Shown: one piece after another, positions 9,603 through 17,961 of the stretch
Position numbering within the stretch: position 1 is the stretch's first letter
Layout of the letters: the number at the start of each line of letters is the position of its first letter
Assembly: GCA_964605195.1 (NCBI GenBank)
Contig: CAZSBC010000006.1
Coordinates: 1 to 50,845 of the forward strand
Direction: 5' to 3'
From: an uncultured Spirochaetales bacterium
GTDB lineage: Bacteria; Spirochaetota; Spirochaetia; JABMQR01
Length of the DNA stretch: 50,845 bases
Notes under the pieces: generated by a model
Databases searched by the model: none
The model's input: only the letters and a program-made list of their open reading frames with translations
What the model was told of the DNA's origin: nothing
Translations under genes and position numbers: made by a program

Positions 9603-9847
9603 CTTATTCACAAGTTATCCACAGGCGGATGCAACAAAATGATTTACCTTACCAGGAGGAAATTTCCGTTAAAATGGGGTAATCTGGGGTGCTGTAGCGC
9701 AAGGGTAGTTGTATTTACTTTTGAGTAAAACAGTTATAAAATTCTACTTAACATATGTAATATCTTGGAAAAATTTTTTGGGAAATTCTGCTGCAGAATT
9801 AGCTGTAACTCTGATACAAAAATCTTATCCACAAGTTATCCACAGGC
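9603..9847 (+). repeat. 24-bp direct repeat CTTAT(T/C)CACAAGTTATCCACAGGC, two copies 221 bp apart
   Basis: Copies at 9603-9626 and 9824-9847 differ at one position. Confidence 0.95.
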
Positions 9848-9877
9848 AGAAGCCTACATGGCAATAACTTATTCTCA
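9604..9877 (+). promoter_or_regulatory. DnaA-box cluster around an AT-rich core: candidate oriC or accessory DnaA-binding locus
   Basis: TTATTCACA 9604-9612; TTATCCACA 9615-9623, 9825-9833 and 9836-9844; 1-mismatch TTATTCTCA 9869-9877. All are on the same strand, in an intergenic gap between convergent genes. Confidence 0.8.
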
Positions 9878-9884
9878 CGTATTA

Positions 9885-10532
9885 TTATAGGCGGTAACCG
9901 ATTCCACGGACTGATGTAATGGGGGCACAGAGCCCCTTTGAAACCGTGCAGATTTTCCTGCGCAGTGAACTGATTACCATGTCCGGGAACCGACTGTTTT
10001 TCGGGCAGTTTGCAAAGAGGCGGTCATGAATCACTGCTCGCGGCAGTGGGTCAGGGCTGTATGCAGCGAGCAGCAGCAGAAGGGTCTGTTCCCGGGTATC
10101 AAGATCTGCCGAACCGAGATCTCCCCGCAGGGTGGATCGGAAACAGCTGAAGCGGTGGTATTCCGAAGTCCTGAAACTGGCTGGGATATTTCTGAAGACC
10201 CGGGCATGTATCTCCTCCCGGCAGAGCGGAAAGGAGATATAGTCGTCACAGAGAAGGGAAAGCCCGATACGGATCTGCATCCTAGGACCCGCAATGAAGA
10301 CCGGACCAGCATTCAGGTTCCTGATCATCAGCAGAGTATCCGGATGCTTAAGAGCCGATGAAATATGAAATATGAAAACCCCGTGTGACCTGATACCGGG
10401 TAGCTGTTCCATACGCTCAATTCTGCAACCCAGATTGGCTAGGGTCGTGAGGAGCGCCTCTTCACTTGCAGCTGACTCTGTACTGACATAAAAGGGAATT
10501 TCTGCTGCCGACAGGAGATTGGTACGCGTCAT
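9885..10532 (-). CDS. OmpR/PhoB-type winged-helix regulator with a degenerate (pseudo) receiver domain
   Basis: CDDYISFPL...EIHAR receiver tail; LDTREQTLLLLL...DMVISSLRRKI...ITSVRGIGYRL wHTH; no acidic pocket or conserved Lys visible. Confidence 0.82.
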   Translation of the reverse strand: MTRTNLLSAAEIPFYVSTESAASEEALLTTLANLGCRIERMEQLPGIRSHGVFIFHISSALKHPDTLLMIRNLNAGPVFIAGPRMQIRIGLSLLCDDYISFPLCREEIHARVFRNIPASFRTSEYHRFSCFRSTLRGDLGSADLDTREQTLLLLLAAYSPDPLPRAVIHDRLFANCPKNSRFPDMVISSLRRKICTVSKGLCAPITSVRGIGYRL

Positions 10533-11765
10533 CTACACTACCGGGAATTCATACTGTCTTGATCGTGTCCGTATCGGATAAAGCATGTACTCCTCCAGGT
10601 CAATCACATCACGGGCTGGTGATGCCGTTTCGGCTGCAAGAACACCCTTCTTCAGGGTACTGAACAGCTGTCGTACGTTTCCCGGCCAGGAAAAGGAGGT
10701 AAGGAGTTCACGGCTCCTGCTGCTGATGTGGAAATTCCTGTTATAGCGGTGGAGAAACCATTCGGCCAGGTCTATGATATCTTCCCTGCGTGAGCGGAGC
10801 GGGGGGATGAAGATGGAAAAGACGCAGAGGCGATACAGCAGATCGCTGCGCAGCCGTTTCCTGTAGGCATCTTCTTTCAGCAATACATTCGTTGCAGAGA
10901 TGGTTCTTGCACTGAAGGGGTACTCCTTCGCTCCCCCTATCCGTCGAACCTTGCAATCTTCCAGAATTCTCAGCAGCTTTGGCTGCAGGGCTATATCGAG
11001 GTCCCCTATCTCATCCAGAAAGAGCGTCCCCCCATCGGCCTGTTCGAAGATACCCTTTCGGGCACGGTCGGCTCCGGTAAAGGCGCCCTTCTCATATCCG
11101 AACAGCTCGGCCTCCACCAGCTCACGGGGAAGAGCGGAGCTGTTGATGGCAACAAACCGACCTGAACGACCTGAATAGTGGTGGAGCAGTGTAGCCACAA
11201 GCTCCTTACCCGTCCCCGATTCTCCATGGATGAGGATGTTCTCGTTGCATGGGGCATAACGCATGATCTGCTCTCTCACGCTTACCGCAGCCTCTGATCG
11301 ACCGATGAACAGCTTGTCGGATTGATAGACAGGGAGCCCCTGATACGCTGTTTGGATCTCCTTTTGCTCCTGCTCCTTATCTTCAGGGGGGAGACTAGCC
11401 TTCATGAAGGCTAGAAAGGCCGTGATGAAACGGTGGGTCGTCTCTCTGATATCAATCCAGCTGGTGAATGTATGTCTGACAGTCTCAGAGAGCTCAGATG
11501 ATATCTTTAGGCGCACCTCCGACCGGTCAACGACAAAGAGTATCGGCACCTTGATGCATGATGCTGTCCAGAGCATCATGGAGGCAAACTCGGCTGAAGA
11601 GCAGCTGTCTGGCGGGGCGATACAGACGGCATCCGGTGAGTGCTGCTTGATGATCTGTTCCGCCTCTTCAAGTGTCAGTGCGGGAAATAGCGTGATGGGA
11701 TAGTTTTCCAGGACAAGTGAAATGAGAATCTTACGCGCTATTCCGATAGTAAGCAGACGGAACAT
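10533..11765 (-). CDS. Sigma54-dependent activator (bEBP AAA+) with a pseudo-receiver and no C-terminal HTH
   Basis: Walker A GESGTGKE, ELFGYEKGAFTGA, Walker B LFLDEIGD, RSDLLYRL, WPGNVRQL. The protein ends ~43 aa later. AGGAG RBS. Confidence 0.92.
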   Translation of the reverse strand: MFRLLTIGIARKILISLVLENYPITLFPALTLEEAEQIIKQHSPDAVCIAPPDSCSSAEFASMMLWTASCIKVPILFVVDRSEVRLKISSELSETVRHTFTSWIDIRETTHRFITAFLAFMKASLPPEDKEQEQKEIQTAYQGLPVYQSDKLFIGRSEAAVSVREQIMRYAPCNENILIHGESGTGKELVATLLHHYSGRSGRFVAINSSALPRELVEAELFGYEKGAFTGADRARKGIFEQADGGTLFLDEIGDLDIALQPKLLRILEDCKVRRIGGAKEYPFSARTISATNVLLKEDAYRKRLRSDLLYRLCVFSIFIPPLRSRREDIIDLAEWFLHRYNRNFHISSRSRELLTSFSWPGNVRQLFSTLKKGVLAAETASPARDVIDLEEYMLYPIRTRSRQYEFPVV

Positions 11766-11875
11766 GGCATACTCCTAGGATAGGGTTGAAGGCCATAATA
11801 AAATATTGGGGGAAATGGGTAAATCATACTTCCGTATTACCTATAAGTAGGTATATGGAAACGACATTTCCGGAG

Positions 11876-11896
11876 GATTGAGAAGCCTTCTCAATC
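11876..11896. promoter_or_regulatory. Perfect 21-bp palindrome in a divergent promoter region (candidate operator)
   Basis: GATTGAGAAG-C-CTTCTCAATC. Confidence 0.55.
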
Positions 11897-11974
11897 GGTA
11901 TACAGAAGGATATAATCCGCTCCTGCTCCAGATCTCTATTGCATCAACATTGGGATACCGGTAGAATGAAACAC

Positions 11975-14239
11975 ATGAAAAAGATAACGATAAGCATCCT
12001 ATTCTGTGTAATTATTGCCGGTATGCCCCTTTTTGCCCTTACAGCAGAGAGTGCTGAGGCTCCTCTTACGCCGGTGGAAGCAGCCTATAATGCGAGATTG
12101 CCGGAAGGAACCGATACGCTGCGGCAGATTGGATACAATGTGCTGGGATCCTGGAGCCCAACAGTAACCACGCAAGTTGATGATAAATATATTGTTGGAC
12201 CGGGAGACTCGCTGCGGGTCTATATATGGGGCGATCCGGTTGATTATGGTGCGGTTCTGAGTAATTATGATGTGGAAGTAGATGCGAGCGGGAGCGTCTT
12301 TATAAAACCGATCGGTCGCGTTTCGGTCTATGGGAGGACGCTGAGTCAGATTGATGGAATACTGAAGGTCAAGTTTGCGATCAAGTACAAGAATATGGAT
12401 CTGGAGACAACCCCGCTGAAACTGCGGAATTTTTCCGTATATGTCAGCGGATTTGCAGCCCAGCCGGGTGCCGTTTCTGTATCGAATCTCTGGTCGGCTG
12501 CCGATATACTCGGTGTTTCCGGAGGTGTCCTTACCCAGGGCTCGCTGAGAAGAATTACCATAACCGGCAGCCGTGATGAGACCAATGTCCGTGAAATTGA
12601 TTTGTATGATCTGATCGTTACCGGAAAAGGTGCTCCCATTACCGAAAAGGTCATGGAGGGAGATATCATTTATGTACCTCCGCTGGGCAAAACGGCGGCA
12701 GTTGTGGGCATTGCACCACGACCCGGTATATACGAGTTCCTTGAGGGTGAAACGATCAGGGAGCTGCTTGGCTACGCAGGCGGTCCCGGACTGGCCGGTG
12801 CCCAGCCCGATATAAAACTGCTCCGTCTGACGGCAACTGGTGCTACCATTATCGATGGTGATATTACCGATGCTGAATTTCTTTCCGGAGCACTTCGTAA
12901 TGGCGATATTCTCTTTCTCCAATCCGGGTCATCACCCGCAGACAATCTGGTACTGGTCAGGGGGCCGGTCAGAAAACCCGGTGTCTATACCCTGAATTCG
13001 GTTGCCACACTCGGCGCGCTGCTGGAGCAGGCTGGCATGCTGCCGGAGACTGATTATGCCACCGGTATCATTATCAGGAAAGAGCTCGATAAGGAGGCCC
13101 AGAGGATAGTATTCAATCCCCAGGAAATTATTTCGGGGGGAAGTGATGTGTCCCTGCGACCGAATGATATTGTCACCTTTTTCCGGTCGAGTGATGTATA
13201 TGCAAACGAACCGCTTATAGTCACCGGTACCGGAGGGAAATCAGCATTGGTTTCTTTTCTCCCCGGCCTGACGCTTCTGGAAGTTCTTCAGCAGACAGCG
13301 CTGGCAGATGATTTCACCGCCAAAGAGGCGAGAATCATACGTGACGGTACAGTGATCGCTCAGCTGGTTCTGCGGGATATCCTGGTCAACGGGGACCTGA
13401 AGCTCAATCTTGAGATGGCTGCTGGTGATGTCATCACACTGCACGATGTGGATGCTCTCCGGTCGGTCTCCGGCATTGAGGTGCTTGGTCAGGTACAATC
13501 ACCGGGCTTATATCGGTATGAGAGCGGAAAGAGTCTGCATGCAATTCTGGAAGAAGCCGGCGGATATACCGAACAGGCCTATCCCGGTGGTCTCATCCTG
13601 TATCGTGACTCGGTAAAAAACAGTCAGCTGGAACAGTTCCGGCTTGCTATCATGCAGACCCGTGAAGATCTGGATCAGTATCGGGTGGCAATTGCTTCCC
13701 AAAATCTTTCCGAGGAGTCAAAGCTGTTGCTCCTTGACCAGATAGCTTCCCAGGAAGCCATGCTCGAGATGGCCGAGGAACAGCTTGGTCAGTATCTCGG
13801 CAGGGTCCTGCTCAATATACCCGATTCACTGGATGAGCTGGACGGGGATGTTTCTGATATTATCCTCCAGGAAGGAGATTCCATATTCATACCCGAGCGG
13901 CCGTTGACTGTCTCAGTCTTTGGGGATAGCGGGACATCTGCCGCGCTGCCCTGGGAGGCAGGCAAGCGGGTGAAGGAGTATCTCTTTGATCTTGGTGGAA
14001 TGCGTTCTCAGGACTACTCCATCTCCATAATCAGGCATAACGGGAAGATTGTAACTGAGGATAACCTATTCTTTGGATGGAGCAGCATAGAGCAGCAGGC
14101 CCTAGAGCAGGGCGATACCATTGTCGCAGTCAGGCGGCTGAAACTCCCCGGGGGAACAGCTTTTCTAGAAGGTTTCAAGGAGCTTACCAATACTGTCTAT
14201 CAGATTGTATTTTCGTTGAATGCGGCCGGACTGCTTTAG
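11975..14239 (+). CDS. Polysaccharide export/SLBB-repeat protein (Wza/KpsD-like)
   Basis: Signal peptide; Poly_export YIVGPGDSLRVYIWG; repeated V.G.V..PG.Y...L...GG SLBB units. Start set at ATG 11975, after TTGCAT-17-TAGAAT. Confidence 0.88.
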   Translation: MKKITISILFCVIIAGMPLFALTAESAEAPLTPVEAAYNARLPEGTDTLRQIGYNVLGSWSPTVTTQVDDKYIVGPGDSLRVYIWGDPVDYGAVLSNYDVEVDASGSVFIKPIGRVSVYGRTLSQIDGILKVKFAIKYKNMDLETTPLKLRNFSVYVSGFAAQPGAVSVSNLWSAADILGVSGGVLTQGSLRRITITGSRDETNVREIDLYDLIVTGKGAPITEKVMEGDIIYVPPLGKTAAVVGIAPRPGIYEFLEGETIRELLGYAGGPGLAGAQPDIKLLRLTATGATIIDGDITDAEFLSGALRNGDILFLQSGSSPADNLVLVRGPVRKPGVYTLNSVATLGALLEQAGMLPETDYATGIIIRKELDKEAQRIVFNPQEIISGGSDVSLRPNDIVTFFRSSDVYANEPLIVTGTGGKSALVSFLPGLTLLEVLQQTALADDFTAKEARIIRDGTVIAQLVLRDILVNGDLKLNLEMAAGDVITLHDVDALRSVSGIEVLGQVQSPGLYRYESGKSLHAILEEAGGYTEQAYPGGLILYRDSVKNSQLEQFRLAIMQTREDLDQYRVAIASQNLSEESKLLLLDQIASQEAMLEMAEEQLGQYLGRVLLNIPDSLDELDGDVSDIILQEGDSIFIPERPLTVSVFGDSGTSAALPWEAGKRVKEYLFDLGGMRSQDYSISIIRHNGKIVTEDNLFFGWSSIEQQALEQGDTIVAVRRLKLPGGTAFLEGFKELTNTVYQIVFSLNAAGLL

Positions 14240-14269
14240 CAGCCGGCACACTGTCGGTGAACAGCGCTA

Positions 14270-15037
14270 CTATCCCCGCAGCAGTGCCTGCACTACGGCC
14301 AGGGCGTAAACTGCAGCAGTTTCCGCCCTCAGGATATTTGTCTTCAAGTAGGCCTGATGCATACCGGCCTGCAGCATCTCCTTCACCTCTTCTGCAGAAA
14401 ATCCCCCCTCAGGTCCTATGAAGAGGGCAATACCCCTGTGTTGTGTTGTGGCTTGTTGACAGCCCTCAATCAGCTGCGGCAGTGACTGATCCTGGAGGGG
14501 ATCCTGATGAAAGAAGATACCGTAGAGCTTCTGTTCCCGGCTGTAGGTTACTGCTTCAGATATCGTTAGTACATCATGAAGTTGGGTGAATATCGGTGAA
14601 CCGCTCTGCTGCATCGCCTCTTTCACAATGGTTTCCCAGCGTTCATACCTGTTACGGGCCTTGGATAGAGAATCGGCAGGTGCTGATACGGTGAATCTGC
14701 TGTGTACGGGGACAATAGCGGCGGTTCCTATTTCGGTCGCCTGACGGATGATCTGGTCCATCTTTCTGCCCTTACAGAGAGCCTGGAACAGATGGAGCTC
14801 AGGGGTATCACTATCTGATAGCGCTGCGGCAGCTTCCCCCCGGCTGCATGAGAGGGTTACTGCCCGATCATGTATCTCGGAGATCACCAGATTCCAGATA
14901 TCACCCTGCCGGTCACGCCCGGTGAAAAGGTCCCCGACCTGATAACGGAGTACCCGGGTAATGTAGTGGGAATCCTTGCTGTTCAGGGTGAACTGTGCTG
15001 TCCCGGTAAATGTATCCGGCAGAATAAAGACCCTCAT
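14270..15037 (-). CDS. rsmE: 16S rRNA m3U1498 methyltransferase
   Basis: HYITRVLR, QATEIG, EAMQQS, IGPEGGFS, ILRAETA. Confidence 0.95.
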   Translation of the reverse strand: MRVFILPDTFTGTAQFTLNSKDSHYITRVLRYQVGDLFTGRDRQGDIWNLVISEIHDRAVTLSCSRGEAAAALSDSDTPELHLFQALCKGRKMDQIIRQATEIGTAAIVPVHSRFTVSAPADSLSKARNRYERWETIVKEAMQQSGSPIFTQLHDVLTISEAVTYSREQKLYGIFFHQDPLQDQSLPQLIEGCQQATTQHRGIALFIGPEGGFSAEEVKEMLQAGMHQAYLKTNILRAETAAVYALAVVQALLRG

Positions 15038-15051
15038 GATCTCATACCATG

Positions 15052-15444
15052 CTACTGCACACTGATTATTACCGTTCTCATACGTGGTCCGTCGAATTCG
15101 CAGAGATAGATTCCCTGCCAGGTGCCGAGCATGAGTACGTTATCAGAATAGGGGACAGAGACACTGAATCCCATCAGGCTTGCCTTGATATGGGCTGCAG
15201 AATTACCCTCGCCATGCAGATAGGAGCCCTTCCAGGGAACAAGTCGATCCAGGTCCCTGATCATGTCCGTCCTAACGTCCGGGTCGGCATTCTCATTTAT
15301 GGTGATGCCGCAGGTGGTGTGGGGGACATATACTGTACAGATTCCTTCTCCGGAGCCGGTCCTGCTTACGGCTTCGGAGACCTCCCTGCTGATATCCCGG
15401 AAGTCGGACCGAACACTGCTGTGAACCCTGATGGAGGTTGTCAT
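15052..15444 (-). CDS. yjbQ: YjbQ/UPF0047 family protein
   Basis: HTTCGITINENADPDV, HGEGNSAAHIK, LGTWQGIYLCEFDGPR. Confidence 0.93.
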   Translation of the reverse strand: MTTSIRVHSSVRSDFRDISREVSEAVSRTGSGEGICTVYVPHTTCGITINENADPDVRTDMIRDLDRLVPWKGSYLHGEGNSAAHIKASLMGFSVSVPYSDNVLMLGTWQGIYLCEFDGPRMRTVIISVQ

Positions 15445-16850
15445 TGTGTTCCCCCGCTCTCTATGATCTCAAGGGCTTTCTGCAGTACCATGTCAAACTC
15501 CAGGTCATATACCGGTGCTGCATCCATGGTCTCTTCGAATGAATTGCGGATCAGCTTGCGCAGGTAACGCGAACTCAGCGGGTATCCGCTGTTCTGCAGC
15601 TCTTCGACAAAGGCATTGACCTCTTCGTCAACAAACATTTCACGTTCAGCCGTGAAGGAGTCGATCAGTTTCTCCTCCTGCAGGCTGGTAAGGAGGTTCA
15701 GCTCATCTTCGCTGAGTTCCGGTTCAACGACTTCGATGTCGGGAACAATCCCGATCTCATGGATATCGGTACCGTCAGGGGTCAGATACCTTCCGGAGGT
15801 AATCTTGAAATAGTCCCCGCCATCAAACGGGTAGACATTCTGGACAAGGCCTTTCCCGAAAGAGGTGCTTCCTACAATGACGGCACGGTCGTTATCTCTC
15901 AGGGAGCCGGCAAGTATTTCCGAACTTGAAGCAGTTCCTGCGTTTGTCAGGATAACCAATGGTATCTCTTCAGGTACCGATACGCCGCTGTCAGTTGTGT
16001 AACGGGAAACCTTCTGCTCCGGGCCGGTCTCCATGATCAGCACGGTCCTGGCATCGAGAAAGAGGTCGGCTATCTGCACGGCAGAATCGACACTTCCGCC
16101 GGGGTTGCTGCGCAGGTCAAGGATCATTGATGAATAGGATGCTTCCTCAAACTGATCCAACGCTTCCCGCACCTTCTCGGGTGTAATCGGGGTGAATTCA
16201 AGAATATGGAGATACCCGGTGGTATCGATCATATCTGCCCTGACAGTCGGTATCTCCACTATTGCCCGTTCAACACGTATCGTAAGCACGACATCCCTGC
16301 GGTGTACGGTGAGGCTAACTATGGTTCCCGGTTCACCACGCAGGTTGGCCGCGGCCTCCTGTACGGTATACTCATCAACCGGTTCCCCGTCTATCTCCGA
16401 TATGAGATCACCTGCATGCAGGCCTGCCTTTGCGGCAGGGGAGCCCTCGAATGGGGAGACAATGGTAACCATGTAGCTCTCCGGATCATCGTAATCGATA
16501 TAGGAGGGGTTCGGTTTGGATATGTATGCCCCGATACCGCCATATACTCCCATGGTCAGGTCCTGAATGTCTGAGGATTCCTCCTCAGTGATATATTCGG
16601 AGTAGGGGTCGTTAAGGGCCGAGAAGAGTCCCTTGGCCATGCTATCGAAAACGGCATCGGTATCAATATCATAAATGAAGGTCGATTCTATAAGCCGGTA
16701 GAGGGCTTCAAGCTTCTCCATCGTCTCCGTAATTTCATCACCCTGGGCATTCTGCTGAATTGCAGCAGGGGGAAGCCAGGAGGATGCAGGCAGCGTAAGT
16801 GCCGGCAGGAGCAGCATACAGGCAACAATTATGGTTTTTACAGTTTTCAT
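15441..16850 (-). CDS. Carboxyl-terminal processing protease (S41A, PDZ)
   Basis: Signal peptide; LNDPYS; PDZ GSPAAKAGL; DLRSNPGG; TASSSEI (catalytic Ser); FGKG (Lys). Confidence 0.95.
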   Translation of the reverse strand: MKTVKTIIVACMLLLPALTLPASSWLPPAAIQQNAQGDEITETMEKLEALYRLIESTFIYDIDTDAVFDSMAKGLFSALNDPYSEYITEEESSDIQDLTMGVYGGIGAYISKPNPSYIDYDDPESYMVTIVSPFEGSPAAKAGLHAGDLISEIDGEPVDEYTVQEAAANLRGEPGTIVSLTVHRRDVVLTIRVERAIVEIPTVRADMIDTTGYLHILEFTPITPEKVREALDQFEEASYSSMILDLRSNPGGSVDSAVQIADLFLDARTVLIMETGPEQKVSRYTTDSGVSVPEEIPLVILTNAGTASSSEILAGSLRDNDRAVIVGSTSFGKGLVQNVYPFDGGDYFKITSGRYLTPDGTDIHEIGIVPDIEVVEPELSEDELNLLTSLQEEKLIDSFTAEREMFVDEEVNAFVEELQNSGYPLSSRYLRKLIRNSFEETMDAAPVYDLEFDMVLQKALEIIESGGTQ

Positions 16851-16879
16851 AATAGAATTATACTACAATATGGGGGCTA

Positions 16880-16908
16880 TTGACCACAACCCGTTACTAG
16901 CGTACACT
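16880..16908 (+). promoter_or_regulatory. Sigma70-type promoter upstream of lgt
   Basis: TTGACC-17 nt-TACACT. Confidence 0.6.
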
Positions 16909-16956
16909 TTTTCACAGGTATATACCCTTCCGTATCATGAAGGGGGTTGATACAGT

Positions 16957-17958
16957 ATGATGAATTTCCTGAATTTCCCGACATGGCTGAAACCGGAGAT
17001 CATTCCCGGATTTCCGTTGCGCTGGTACGGTCTTATGTATGTACTGGCCTTCGGTACGGCCTACTTTCTCTTTGTCTACCAGATCAGGCGGGATAAAATC
17101 TCCATGAATCAGGATGATGCCCTGAATCTCTTTCTCTGGACTATTCTCGGGCTTCTGATCGGAGCGAGAATTTTTGCCACGCTGGTGTATGATACCAGCG
17201 GCTACTATCTGCGTAATCCTTGGCTGATCTTCTGGCCCTTCAGGGATGGCCGCTTTACCGGATTGCAGGGCATGAGCTATCACGGAGGAGTAATCGGAGC
17301 AGTTGTTGGCGGATTCCTCTACTGCCGGAAGCATGATCTCAGGTTTTTTCACATTGCCGATCTCGTGACGGCCGGTATCCCCCTGGGATACACCTTCGGC
17401 AGATTGGGCAACTTCATAAACGGAGAGTTGTGGGGAAGGGTCACCGAACGACCCTGGGGAATCCTTTTTCCTGCAGCCCCGAAGTTCTCCGTCGATATTC
17501 CCTGGGTAGCCGATATCATTGACAGAATAGCCCTGCCTGTGGCGGGAAATGCGCTCTTTGTCAATCTGCCGCGCCATCCCTCCCAACTCTACGAAGCCCT
17601 GTTGGAGGGTGTACTGCTTTGGCTGATAATCTGGTTTCTTGTCCGTCCCCGTAAAAGGTTTCATGGATCCGTAATCAGTGTCTACCTTATCGGCTATGGT
17701 GTCGCACGCTTCCTCGTTGAGTATTTCAGGGAACCAGACCGTGATCTCGGATTCATCATAGCTCTCGGGAAGGAGAGCGAGCCTGCCGCGCTGCTGCTAT
17801 CTGTATGGAACTTTACCATGGGGCAGCTACTCAGTTTCCTGATGATCATTGCGGGAATCGCACTCTTTCTGATACTGCGGCATGTATCAGGCAACAGTAT
17901 GAAACAACCGGTCAAGCGGAGGGACAGAAACAGCAAGGGCAAGTCAACGAGGAGATAG
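16957..17958 (+). CDS. lgt: Prolipoprotein diacylglyceryl transferase
   Basis: RWYGLMY, GMSYHGG, GRLGNFINGELWGR, RHPSQLYE, RFLVEYFREPD. Confidence 0.97.
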   Translation: MMNFLNFPTWLKPEIIPGFPLRWYGLMYVLAFGTAYFLFVYQIRRDKISMNQDDALNLFLWTILGLLIGARIFATLVYDTSGYYLRNPWLIFWPFRDGRFTGLQGMSYHGGVIGAVVGGFLYCRKHDLRFFHIADLVTAGIPLGYTFGRLGNFINGELWGRVTERPWGILFPAAPKFSVDIPWVADIIDRIALPVAGNALFVNLPRHPSQLYEALLEGVLLWLIIWFLVRPRKRFHGSVISVYLIGYGVARFLVEYFREPDRDLGFIIALGKESEPAALLLSVWNFTMGQLLSFLMIIAGIALFLILRHVSGNSMKQPVKRRDRNSKGKSTRR

Positions 17959-17961
17959 CAG

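Noticed and set aside
9603-9847. 24-bp repeat read as a CRISPR array or IS ends
   Set aside because: Only two copies 221 bp apart, made of DnaA boxes, with no cas or transposase genes.
11764-11780. TGGCAT as a sigma54 -24 element
   Set aside because: No TTGC/-12 element at the required spacing, and it overlaps the bEBP start codon and RBS.
16908-16916. TTTTTCACA matching the relaxed DnaA box at the lgt promoter
   Set aside because: A single relaxed match is plausible by chance in 50 kb.
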